From assembly GCF_004010195.1 (NCBI RefSeq), contig NC_057720.1, positions 24,550,746-24,614,745 on the forward strand: DNA of 64,000 nucleotides. The letters are read 5' to 3'. Of the stretch, positions 51,701-63,880 are shown one piece after another. Below the pieces are notes generated by a model that worked only from the letters and a program-made list of their open reading frames with translations, searched no databases and was not told the origin of the DNA. The position numbers and the translations under genes were made by a program. This stretch comes from Chiloscyllium plagiosum. Taxonomy: Eukaryota. The first letter of the stretch is position 1. Each line of letters starts with the position of its first letter.

Positions 51701-53949
51701 TATTGCTTTTGATAATGTTGGTGAGACTATATATCTATTTCAAACGTAGTTTCCTGGAGATGTCTGATGTGCTGTTATACTGTAACTACTGACAAAAAAA
51801 CAATGATTCAATATGTCTGCCATTTCTTTACTTTCACTGACAATCACTGTGATGCATTTGTAATGGTCCTTATACTCTTGATCACAATTTTCTGAATAAG
51901 CTTGTGAAGTTTTTTATGACAGTAATGATGTTGTTGATGTACACGTGGAGGAATATTGCCTGCTGAGTAATTTTACCATGCTCATATTTTGAGTGGCCCT
52001 ACTCCATAATAATCAAAAAGTAAAAAACTGTTATCTGTTGTCAAGCTGAAATAAATTCTGGAAATGTTCAGCTCTCTATCTTTTCAACCATTCATCCATA
52101 TCTTGTTTCCCTTAAGCACTTTACATGCCATTCAGTTTCCATTGTAGGGGTGTATGCACTTTCCCACAGTCCGGAAACCCTGTAACTTGATATGAGTGCT
52201 GCTGTGCTAAACTGCACCAACCTCACACTCAAATATTTTCCATTATTGTTCCTCTGATTATCCGTTAACTTTTTCTTCCAATTTGGCTATGTTAAATCAT
52301 CTCTCATTCTATATTAGTTTGCTCAACTCCCACCAACCTCTGACCCTGTAGATTCCTTCTCTGCATTAATGTTACACAGAATTTACAGTGCAGAACCATT
52401 CACTGTGGGCAATTTGCTAATGTTTATGCTGAATGTGAGTTCCTCTCTTTGTGTTTCACTTAAACTCTATGCATGTTGCTTTCTGTTCCTTTCTCACTCG
52501 TGTGCTTTCCAGTTTCCTTTTAAATCCATCTATTTTATTCATCTTTACTACTCCTTGGATTCCCTTATGTGTCTCACTTACAATCACACTCCACTGTCCC
52601 TCACCACAGACCAGATCAACTGAAGAGTGAAGCTGCTTCAACACATCAAAGCAATGCTCCCTCACTCTGTGATCTCACAGTTCCACATGCTTAACATTCT
52701 CTTGTGAAATTCTGTGGATCTCTAACCCTCACTCCGACCTTCCCTCCCCCTGTATATGTTTTATTCTTTCATGGGATGTGGGCAGCACTGGCTAAGCCAG
52801 CATTTGTTGCCTGTCCCTAATAACTTTGAGAAGGTGATAGTGAGCTGTCTTCTTAAACACTATGGAATGAATGATTATTTACTCTTAAAAAATAATAAAA
52901 AATCTTGAAAAATTGAACAAATTGGTACAATATTCAACTGATGTGAAAATTCTATCAAACCCTTTAGAATTGCATAGGGTTCACTGTTGAAAACATTGCT
53001 TTGAGGAAAGAAGATTCTCCTGAATTCACTTTTTTTTACATTTAAGGTATTTATTTAGCTTCTACCACAAATAGAAACTTCTTTTTAATCTGCATTTTTC
53101 CATTCTTCCTGTTGCTAACCAGTTTCGAATCATTAATCAGGAGTATTCAACATTGTATGCTTTTCTTCACATGCACTCGATCCAGGCCTCTCAATATGAG
53201 CAGGATATTGAAGATAAGCAATTTATTGAGACACTTTGGCTATGATTGGATTAGGTATTTTACTGCAATTTTTTTTCCTTTCCCTAGTTTCATGTCTCAC
53301 ACCTCATACTTTAGCAGACACACATTTTGGTCTTTTATTCTCTTCACTACTGGTACTTTCCACACTATTTCAATTTTATATTGCTACACTTCCAGATTTT
53401 CCCTCAAAGATAAATCTCACAATTTTGCCTTCCGTTCAAAAGTGCAGTCATCCAATTGTGCAGTTCTCGCTCTCCTCATCATACAGAGGTCTTCAGCAAA
53501 TAATATATGTCTCAATTGGAGGGAGTATTTTTGAATTCCTATTTAATGTGGAAGAGTTTGGATCTCTGACCAATTCTCTGGGGAGAGGAGTATGTACAGG
53601 CATTGCATCATTTTAAAGATATGGACAAATTAAAGCAAAGGGTTATTTTGGTCATGAGAATGTTAACTTGACCTTTCCATCATTATGATGCTGATGAATC
53701 TGTTGCCAGTTTGCTGAATTTTCTATTTTTCTTCCTAAATCCAACATTTACATTTGTTTTTCTTATGAACAGTAAAGAGAACATTTCCAATGACATTCAG
53801 GAATAACCTTTGGCTATCACATGTAATGAAGAGAAAGAAAAGACCTGGGAGTCTTGTTAGAAATAAGTTGGCCTTTCTTAAAATAGTGCATACCCTGAAT
53901 AACAGAGCAGTTTGATAGAGTTTGAGGTGCACCCTGTTGAATGTTCCTC

Positions 53950-54296
53950 TTAAATGGAAACATGTATATCCGGTTCATCTTCAGCTTTCACTTCTGTTTG
54001 AATGTAATTGTCCTCAATGTATCCATCATCTTCATCTAGACCATGAGGATACATTGTTCCATCTCTGATGTTCTCCATCTCATTACTGCGTGGCATATTC
54101 GCACTAAATGTGTCGTGGTCTTGGCTGATGGCGTCATGCTCTGGTAGCAGCTGGTGACTGTAGCTGGTGAGGTATTTGTGAAAGAGTTTAAATTTTGCAC
54201 CAATTGCAATCAAGGCTGAGAAGGCAATAGCAATGACCAAAACCCCGACAAGATAGTACCACTCCTTGCCACCTTCTGTTTGTGGTGCATCTGAAG
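53950..54296 (-). CDS. Terminal coding exon of a type III endosome membrane protein TEMP (C1orf210)-like / LRRC19-family transmembrane protein
   Basis: ORF 53950..54309 has the hydrophobic segment WYYLVGVLVIAIAFSALIAIGAK, then SYSHQLL and acidic DEDDGYIEDNYIQ, ending HVSI*. Phase-1 acceptor ttccag at 54297, with an alternative in-frame CAG at 54291. Upstream exons were not identified. Confidence 0.85.
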
Positions 54297-54477
54297 CTGG
54301 AAGTTTCAATAAAGTAATGTTAATAAAATATTAAACTACATGCACACCAATCCATGTTTACATGTTGACTTTGAAGAAACGTTTGTCTTAGTTTAGCATG
54401 AAAGCTGTACAGAACAATATACGTAATAACATTGAGTACAACACCACTGACTATAATATGAAATCTGTACGTGATGT

Positions 54478-57400
54478 ATTTTTGTCATTTACATAAATGA
54501 TTTGGATGCGAGCATAAGAGGTACAGTTAGTAAATTTGCAGATGACACCAAAATTGGAGGTGTAGTGGACAGCGAAGAGGGTTACATCAGATTACAACAG
54601 GATCTGGACCAGATGGGCCAATGGGCTGAGAAGTGGCAGATGGAGTTTAATTCAGATAAATGTGAAGTGCTGCATTTTGGGAAAGCAAATCTTAGCAAGA
54701 CTTATATACACTTAATGGTAAGGTCTTAGGGAGTGTTGCTGAACAAAGAGACATTGGAGTGCAGGTTCTTAGCTCCTTGAAAGTGGAGTCATAGGTAGAT
54801 AGGATCGTGAAGAAGGCAAAAACAATGACTGCAGATGCTGGAAACCAGATTCTGGATTAGTGGTGCTGGAAAAGCACAGCAGTTCAGGCAGCATTCGAGG
54901 AGCAGTAAAATCAACGTTTTGGGCAAAAGCCCTTCATCAGAAATACAGGCAGAGTGCCTGAAGGGTGGAGAGATAAATGAGGAGGGTGGGGGTGGGGAGA
55001 AAGTAGCATAGAGTACAATGGGTGGATGGGGGTGAAATGAAGGTGATAGGTCAGAGAGGAGGGTGGAGTGGATAAGNNNNNNNNNNNNNNNNNNNNNNNN
55101 NNNNNNNNNNNNNNNNNNNNNNNNNNNNNNNNNNNNNNNNNNNNNNNNNNNNNNNNNNNNNNNNNNNNNNNNNNNNNNNNNNNNNNNNNNNNNNNNNNNN
55201 NNNNNNNNNNNNNNNNNNNNNNNNNNNNNNNNNNNNNNNNNNNNNNNNNNNNNNNNNNNNNNNNNNNNNNNNNNNNNNNNNNNNNNNNNNNNNNNNNNNN
55301 NNNNNNNNNNNNNNNNNNNNNNNNNNNNNNNNNNNNNNNNNNNNNNNNNNNNNNNNNNNNNNNNNNNNNNNNNNNNNNNNNNNNNNNNNNNNNNNNNNNN
55401 NNNNNNNNNNNNNNNNNNNNNNNNNNNNNNNNNNNNNNNNNNNNNNNNNNNNNNNNNNNNNNNNNNNNNNNNNNNNNNNNNNNNNNNNNNNNNNNNNNNN
55501 NNNNNNNNNNNNNNNNNNNNNNNNNNNNNNNNNNNNNNNNNNNNNNNNNNNNNNNNNNNNNNNNNNNNNNNNNNNNNNNNNNNNNNNNNNNNNNNNNNNN
55601 NNNNNNNNNNNNNNNNNNNNNNNNNNNNNNNNNNNNNNNNNNNNNNNNNNNNNNNNNNNNNNNNNNNNNNNNNNNNNNNNNNNNNNNNNNNNNNNNNNNN
55701 NNNNNNNNNNNNNNNNNNNNNNNNNNNNNNNNNNNNNNNNNNNNNNTCGGTCGTCATTAATGGAGGTGGAGAGGTCCAGGAAGGGGAGGGAGGTGTCAGA
55801 GCTGGTCCCGGTAAATTTAAGGTCAGGGTGGAATGTGTTGGTGAAGTTGATGAATTGCTCAACCTCCTCGCGGGAGCATGAAGTGGCGGCAATGCAATCA
55901 TCAATGTAGCGGTGGAAGAGGTGGGGAGTGGTGCCGGTGTAATTACGGAAGATGGACTGTTCTACGTAGGCAACAAAGAGACAGGTATAGTTGGGGCCCA
56001 TATGGGTGCCCATGGTTACCCCTTTGGTCTGGAGAAAGTGGGAGGATTCAAAGGAGAAATTGTTAAGGGTGAGGACCAGTTCGGCCAAACGAATGAGAGT
56101 GTCGGTGGAAGGGTACTGTTGGGGACGTCGGGAGAGGAAGAAACGGAGGGCTTGGAGGCCCTGGTCATGGCGGATGGAGGTGTAGAGGGATTGGATATCC
56201 ATGGTGAAGATGAGGCATTGGGGGCCGGGGAAAAGGAAGTCTTGGAGGGCATGGGTGATTTCTCGAACGTACGTGGGGAGTTCCTGGACTAGGGGGGATA
56301 GGACAGTGTTGAGGTAGAAATGAGTTCAGTGGGGCAGGAGCATGCTGAGACAATAGGTCGGCCGGGGTGGTCAGGCTTGTGGATCTTGGGAAGGAGGTAG
56401 AACCGGGGTTCCCGGACTATGAGGTTGGAAGCTGTGGGTGGGAGACCTCCTGAGGTGATGAAGTTCTGTATGGTCTAGGAGATGATGGTTTGGTGATGGG
56501 CGGGTGGGGTCATGGTCACGAGGGCGGTAGGAGGAGGTGTCCTCGAGTTGGCGTCTGGTTTCAGCAGTGTAGAAGTCAGTGCACCAGACTACCACTGCGC
56601 CCCCTTTATCTGCTGGTTTGATGGTGAGGTCAGGATTGGAGCAGAGGGAGTGGAGGGCTGTGTGTTGTAAGGATGAGAGGTTGGAGTGGGGGAGAGGGGT
56701 AGACAGGTTAAGGCGGTTAATGCCCCCGTGGCAATTGGAAATGAAGAGGTCAAGGCCAGGTAATAGGCCAGCACGGGGTGTCCAGGTGGATGGAGTGTGT
56801 TGGAGGTGGGCGAAGGGGTCCTCGGAAGGTGGGCGGGAGTCCTGATTGTGAAAGTAAGCTTGGAGGCAGAGGCGGCGGAAGAAGTGTTCGACGTCACGGC
56901 GTGTATTAAATTCATTGATGCGTGGGCGGCGGGGGATGAAGGTGAGTCCTTTGCTGAGGACTGATCGTTCGTCCTCAGTGAGGGGGAGGTCTGGAGGGAT
57001 GGTGAAAACTCGGCAGGGTTGGGAGCTAGGGCCTGTTGTGGGTGTGGAGCTGGGAGTGGGTGCAGAGCCTGTAACTGAAGTGGGTGTGGTGGTGGGGGGA
57101 ATAGGGGTAGAGTCAAGAGCAGGGTGGTGTTTCCCTCAGGATTCTGGGGGTCAGGGATGGTGATAGTGGGATCTGTGGGGGGCATGTTAGCAGAATGCAG
57201 ATGAGTGGTGTTGGTGGGGGTGGAAGTTACTGAGCGTGTGACATCAGCCATGAATGTGAGGGGCGGAAGTGATGCCACGTGTGGTGCATGAGGAATTGTG
57301 AGGGGTGTAAGTGGCTATGGAAGTGGCCATGATGGGGGTGGAAGTGATGTCATCAATCAGCGTGGGGATGGTGGCTGTACCAGCCGCATGGCTAATGGTG

Positions 57401-58112
57401 TCTGAGCAGTTCCAGAGGCCTGGGGAATCTTCTGGAATGTTTGAGGAGTGCTAGTTATGGAGGTTGATAGAAGGCATTTGGTATGCTTTCCTTTATTGGT
57501 CAGAGTATTGAGTACAGGAGTTGGGAGGTCATGTTGCGGCTGTACGGGACATTGGTAAGGCCACTTTTGGAATATTGCGTGCAATTCTGGTCTCCTTCCT
57601 ATCGGAAGGATGTTGTGAAACTTGAAGGGGTTCAGAAAAGATTTACAAGGATGTTGCCAGGATTGGAGGATTGAGCTATAGGGAGAGGCTGAACAGGCTG
57701 GGGCTGTTTTCCCTGGAGCATCGAAGGCTGAGGAGTGACCTTATAGAGGTTTACAAAATTATGAGGGGCATGGATAGGGTAAATAGACAAGGTCTCTTCC
57801 CTGGGGTCGGGGAATCCAAAACTAGAGGACATAGGTTTACGGTGAGAGGGGAAAGATATAAAAGAGATCTAAGGGGCAACTTTTTCACACAGAAGGTGGT
57901 ACGTGTATGGAATGAGCTGCCAGAGGATGTGGTGGAGGCTGGTACAATTGCAACATTTAAGAGGCATTTGGATGAGCATATGAATAGGAAGGGTTTGGAG
58001 GGATATGGGCCGGCTGCTGGCAGGTGGGACTAGATTGGGTTGGGATATCTGGTCGGCATGGATGGGTTGGATCGAAGGGTCTGTTTCCATGCTGTACATC
58101 TCTATGACTCTA
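54478..58112 (+). mobile_element. CR1 LINE RT/3' end split by a Penelope insertion
   Basis: KFADDTKIGG... up to gtgaagaaggca at 54818, resuming agaaggcatttggtatgc at 57469 (reconstructed VKKAFGMLSF); tail ctctatgactctatg. Confidence 0.93.
54819..57468 (-). mobile_element. Penelope-like retroelement (Neptune-type) with 8-bp TSD
   Basis: RT frame MDIQSLYTSI...QTKGVTMGTHMGPNY...FHRYIDD. The terminal repeat has a hammerhead motif (54913-54940, GAAA>AAAA). AGAAGGCA is duplicated at 54811-54818 and 57469-57476. Contains a gap. Confidence 0.92.
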
Positions 58113-59681
58113 TGTATCTGGACCTGAATACAATATTTGTCATCAAATATGAAGAAGCTATGAATAGCTGAGAACACTGATTTATTGCTCTCAATAGCTT
58201 CATGCCTCCCCCTCTTAAACAGGGAAGAACATTTAATCACAAACTACAAGAAAAACAACAGCAAATATTTTGACCACTTTTCAGTTAGTTCAGTCTCAAT
58301 GCCAATTGTGCCTTGTGTGTTAGTGGAAACTTCCCATTATCTCGACATAATCCCAGCACATGGAATCTGGGAAAATGGTTCATCTCAAATCTTCACAGAC
58401 TATTAAGCTATACACAAAAAAGCATACACAAAAAGGATATCTTTTCTCCTACTGAATAGCTCTCTCCTTTTTATTTTCTTGTGCCAACAATGTATTAGAT
58501 AATTGAATCTTCCCATGTTATTATTTTATTGTAAATAAAAAATAATTAATGATTTTAACCTGAGTCAAACCACTTGGCAAAAAAGGTAAATTCAAACCTC
58601 GGTTCTTGAGGAGAGATATTAGAGAAAGAGGATCAACCAGGGATCATTTTCTGAAGCATGGAACTTCTTTTTCACTGGAGCTGCTTCTCTGTCCCCAGCA
58701 CTTTCTAACTCCTAAACTAAACCAACCTAGAAAAATCCCTGTACTGGGAGAACTGACCATTCCAATTCATCATACAAGTGATTTTTAAAAACTCTAAAAG
58801 TCTTTTCCCTGATTGTTGCCTTGGGCTTTTGCTTCACAGGAGATTTTGTTCTGATTATAGAAAATGCTTACTTTCTTGTAAATACACATTTTAAAAAATG
58901 GTGGGAGAAAGCCTGAGCTATTACTGAGATCACTAACTCACGCTCAAATTTGCCTCGAGATCATTAGGGGATTCTATAAAGAAAAGCATGAGCAAAGTGT
59001 TGATTTCAATGAATAAGTAAATTAACTATTAAATAGTTAAGGCAGATTTCTATGGACTGCATTGTGTTGGCAGCAATTGCAGAGGTGTTTTGGCAAGGAC
59101 AACTCACAGCATGTAACGGCAGCCAAAGGACGTACTTTCACTAATTGGTGCCTTATCTCATGGTGCTTTACACACTCACAAATAATTTATCAGATTAGGA
59201 GGGTAGCTAGCAAAAATATTGGACCTTCTTTAATCAAAGTAGAACGTGCAGTGCAGCAGATAGTGTTCTTATTACTCGAACTCTGCCTATACAGTATTTC
59301 AACTTTGTATTTTTACCCTCGAACAATCTGATCCATCCAGATTGTTCAGTAAAATGTGAAGCACATCATGACAGAAGCCATTTTAACATACTACTCAATA
59401 ACGTTAAAAGAATTATCTCAAGTTCCCCTGCCTAGCCTATCACCTTGTATATCAGAACAGGAATTGCAAATAGAGCATGGAGAATATTTTATGATCGTGC
59501 CTGATGTAATAAACCCTGATGTAAAAGTGTGTGGATGTCAGGGCTTCCAAAACAGTAGGGTCTTGAGATAAGATTTTGCTGTCACCAGCTCTGATCCCTG
59601 AGTGGACAGCTGAGTGGACTTTTCAAAATATTCACGTTTTACCTACTGGAGGGCGTGGCCTAATTGATTGTTCACTGTCTG

Positions 59682-59813
59682 CCAAAGGGTCTGAGGACCC
59701 AAAACATTAACTCTGATTTCTGACCTCAGATGCTACTAGACCTGCTGAGCTTTTCCAGCAATTTCAGTTTTTGTTTCTGACTTACAGCATCCGCAGTTCT
59801 TTTGGTTTTTATT
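59682..59813 (+). mobile_element. 132-bp PLE terminal unit starting at hammerhead helix II, 14-bp TSD-like repeat
   Basis: aGGGTC-tgag-GACCC-aaaacatt plus tail. Flanks are ttgttcactgtctg (59668-59681) and ttgctcactgtttg (59814-59827). Confidence 0.7.
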
Positions 59814-60601
59814 TTGCTCACTGTTTGAGAGGGTGTGTGAAATGGTGGGTGTTCATTCTGCTCACCTCTTCATCAACTGTCCCACAGGGGAAATTGAAGG
59901 ACATGGCTTGAGAAAGACGAGTGTTAGTGAAGGAATGAGGAGATGCAGCATATCAGTGAGGTGAGGGCAAGTTGAGAGTGCTGCTGAAGAGAAAGGGTAA
60001 TGAGGAAGACGTGGGGGACACATTCAACTCATTTCACCTCCACTACTGCAACTAAAACCCTTCCCACACTCCCCTCCATGCCTGTAGGTTCCCCTTCCCC
60101 CACATCCCCATTCAAGTCTTCTGCCATGCTCAACACTAACTGGAACCCTGCTCATTTTCAGTCAGAGTGTCACACAAAGTCTGATGCATGAAAATAGGGT
60201 CACACCGATTAGTCATTGGGGAAACACTGGTGTTGGTAATAGTGGTCAGCAAGTCCATCTTAAAACTGAGTGTAGTGAAACGGCACTGCAATATGCTCAA
60301 AGTCACAGTCAGCATGGACACTGTGGAAGAAAGGCTGAACAGGGTGGAGAGGGAATTACAAAAAAAAAACAGAATTGCACATCAGACAGGGCGATTTTAT
60401 TGCAGCCTAATACTGCTCTCTGAAAGTTCAATTTGTTTTGCCCCATCCTTCAAATACTCATTTACTTCCCTTGTAAAATCATCATAAATTTCTCCATCAC
60501 TATTTGTAGAAAGGGAGTGTCAATGTCTTTATTAACTCCTACATAAAGGTATGTTCTTAACTTCTCCTTTCATTCTTTTAGTAAAGATTCTAAATTTATT
60601 G

Positions 60602-62599
60602 TGTTATAAATATGGGGTTTATAAGATTGTTATCGTTCATGATTATGCCTTTAAGTAAAGGTGAAACGAAAGGATTCTGAAGTCTGCATGACAACAAGCC
60701 CAGGGGAGTCTCTGGTTGTTTTTTATTTCAAAAAATAAGGTGAAAGGTCTTCATAATTGGAAGGTACCTAGGGGGTTCAGGGATGGGCTGCTTGGGAGAG
60801 TGGTGCAAACCAAGGAATGGCGAAGGCAGAGATGGGTGGGAAGGGGAAGCTGTTCTTGGTGGTGGGGTCTAGTTGGAGTTGGCAGAAGTGTTTAAGGATG
60901 ATGCGTTGGAAGCGGAGATTGATAGGGGTGGTAGGTGAGGATTCTGTCTTTATTGTGTTTGGTGGGGGGTGGTTTAGAACAGTGGAATGGGGAGTAAATG
61001 CTGTTCAGCAGATGGCTGTCTAGACAGAGGTTTACTACAAACCTACAAACTCCCATAACTACCTGGACTACACCTCCTCCCAACCAATATCCTGTAAGAA
61101 CTTCATCCCATACTCCAAATTCCGCCGCTTCCACCACATCTGCTCTGACGAGGAGACATTTTTCTCGCGAGCATCCCAGATGTCCACCTATTTTGAACAA
61201 CATGCTTTTCCTTCCTCTGTCATCCAGATAGCCCTTTGCAACACCACCTCCATTCTCTGTTCCAGTGCTCCAAACCTCCCCGCCCACCAAATGCAATAAA
61301 GACAGGGTCCCCTTGTCCTCACTTACCACCCCAACAGTCTCCGCACCCATTGCATTATCCTTAAACACTTCTGCCAACTTCAACTAGACCCCGCCACCAA
61401 GAACATCTTCCCATCCCCACCCCTCTCTGCCTTCTGCAAGGATTGTTCCCTTGGTTTGTGCCACTCTCCCCACCAACCCTGCCGAACCCCCCGGTACCTT
61501 CCCCTGCAACTGGAAAAGATGCAAAACCTGCCAGCACAACCAACCCCCCCACACCCCCCAGCCCCCATCACCTCCATCCAGGGCCACAAACAGTCCTTCC
61601 AGGTGTGACAGAGGTTCACCTGCCTCTCTTCCAACCTAGTTTATTGCATCAGGTGCTCCCCATGTCGTCTTCTCTACTTCGGGGAGACCAAACTTAAACT
61701 TAGGGAACAGTTCGCCGAGCATCTCAGTCAGGCACACAGGGGCTAAGCGGACCTCCCAGTCACCGCCCATTTCAATTCTCCCTCCCACTCCCTTTTCGAC
61801 ATGACCATCCTTGGCCTCCTCCATTGTCACAACGAACCAAATTGCAAATTGGAGGAACAATGCCTCATCTTCCGCCTGGGCAGCCTACAGCCCGGAGGGC
61901 TCAACATTAAGTTCTCCAGTTTTAAATAACATCCCTTCCTATCCCCTGACTCCCATCCCAGCCTCTCCCCCTCCCTTCCACTCCTCACTGCCACCAACCT
62001 CGCATTGACCAACCAGATCATACATTCTACCTGTCTTCATCTATCCCCACTTCACCACCCAGTCCCCACCTCCCCCTTTTTCTGCAGCTCTCCATTCACC
62101 CACCCCCAGCGCTGAAGAAAAGTCTGGGAAAGAGGCAGCAGCTAGAAGCAAAGGTTTCTATGGTTCAGCACACTAAGTGTGAGTGAGTGCTCACGCTTGG
62201 AGTGAAAATAACTAAGTCATGAGGATTTGAAACAGAACTGGAAGATTCAGGTAGTTTATACTGAAAGTGTATTGTTAGGAAAACCCTCACCAGGACATTC
62301 CAGAGGTAATGGTCACCAGGCCACATATCCTTTGGGGTGCCACATCACATAGGATTGGTTCTGAGAGAAATAAGTCTATACTTAAAAGACAGAGAAAGTA
62401 TCATTGTGAAGTTGGCTTTTTGATTGTGCTAAAAGTAGAAAAGTATAGGTGGCCTACAAGAATAGTATTTAGTATGTTTATTCTATTTGTTCCAATAAAA
62501 GTCTTAAAATATCTAATCTTGCTTTGCCATCCTTTCAACTATTAACTGGCCATTCAAATTTCTTTTAAAAAGTTTCTACTGTCTATAGGAATTATGACA
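60602..62599 (+). mobile_element. Probable solo LTR interrupted by a PLE
   Basis: Termini TGTTATAA...TTATGACA, flanks ATTG/ATGG (3 of 4 match), AATAAA near 62495. Confidence 0.55.
60760..62120 (+). mobile_element. PLE thumb / Zn-linker / GIY-YIG region with an inverted 5' duplication
   Basis: PGTFPCNWKRCKTC and NLVYCIRCSPCRLLYFGETK. About 60760-61020 is a diverged reverse complement of about 61230-61500. The element ends at ctgaagaa. Confidence 0.85.
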
Positions 62600-63677
62600 A
62601 TGGTCAATTTTTATCGCACCCATAACTTGTGGGTATGAGTTTTCTCCATTTACCTTCCCACCCTTCACAATTTATGATGTATCCTTATCTTGCTCTTTTG
62701 CTTTTTTTTCAAAAATAGTTGTAATTTGTCACCTTCATGCCTCAAGTATCTTCAGTGTTGTGTTGATTGGCTTTACAACTTTCCTAAAATTGTGCATCCA
62801 AAAGTGGAAACAACATTCAAGCGAATGTTTTATCTATGATTTGCATAGATACCTCTTTGCTTTGGTAATTGCTACAAGGGTGGAAATGATTCAGTGATTT
62901 TAAAAAAGCTATAATAGTGAGTGGTCTTTCACTTCCTCTTTCACTTCTGAAACTACGGATTTATTTGTAAATGTGAAGTACCAATTGAAAAATTGCTGAA
63001 GGTATCATCAATGAGGTTATCAGATAAACTGACAGACCACAAGGTTGCAAGCACTTTACACTACAGTCATACTGATTGCTCAATATATTTCATTTTATTT
63101 GAAATGAACAGGCTAGATCCTATTTCAAAACCTTAAGAACCTGGGGCTTACGTTTACCTTCAATACTTGAATGGTAACTAGCGGAATGATCATCGGCTTA
63201 TTATAGATTTGATCTAAGGTTTAGTTTCATTGAAGTTGATATTAGTTGTTGCTCATAGCTGCAGGAAAATGCATTTTCCCTAGTGGTGAAATAGATAGAG
63301 GATGCTGTAGTCCCTCTTGTGGCAAAATATAACAAACATGAGAGAGAACTGCATTCATGAGACATGCATGAGTTTATATACCTGGAGCTCTATAAGTGAC
63401 CGTCTGGAGTCATTACATTGACATATATTATATTCCAAAATTCCTAAATAGGTAGACTATCAATAAATTAAGAATAAGTTACCTGGAGGTGCTTTTCAAG
63501 CTTTTGAATATTCCCTTTTTTTGTGACAGAAAGAACGTCCAGATGAGTAAGATGCAGGATATTGGAAATGTATTAAGGTGCTCTAAGACTGGAATAAGGT
63601 ATATAGAGGAAATGTAATATCTATTGCACTTCCAATTTGACATGTTTTGCCCTTTGGCTATATACATGACACGGGAC

Positions 63678-63880
63678 AAAGTGAGGACTGCAGATGCTGG
63701 AGATCAGAGTCGAGAGTGTGGTGCTGGAAAAGCACAGCAGGTCAAGCAGCATCCGAGGAGCAGGAGAGTCGATGTTTCATGCATAAGCCCCTCATCAGGC
63801 TTATGCCTGAAAGGTCGATTCTCCTACTCCTCAGAGACTGCCTGATCTGCTGTGCTTTTCCAGCACCACACTCTCGACTA
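63678..63880. mobile_element. Palindromic PLE-derived unit (head-to-head terminal repeats)
   Basis: About 66-bp inverted arms (about 63708-63774 and 63813-63879) around hammerhead remnants. Flanks are acatgacacggga (63664-63676) and acatgacatggaa (63884-63896). Confidence 0.85.

Noticed and set aside
53960..54180. Canonical AP-1 sorting signals (YxxPhi, [DE]xxxL[LI]) in the TEMP-like tail
   Set aside because: None of the cytosolic tyrosines fits YxxPhi and the QLL lacks the upstream acidic residue, so a direct cargo link to mu1 is not supported by motif.
58431..58440. ATATCCTTTT (AT-AC U12 donor-like) on the minus strand; similar strings at ~14137 and ~62325 on +
   Set aside because: No associated exon or AC acceptor with branch site was found, and the other two lie inside transposons.
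59866..59904. Possible first coding exon gccATG TCC TTC...GAG|gtgagc for the TEMP-like gene (also ATG TGT ATT TAC AAG AAA|gtaagc near 58872-58889)
   Set aside because: Both end in phase 0, incompatible with the phase-1 terminal exon, and lack homology support.
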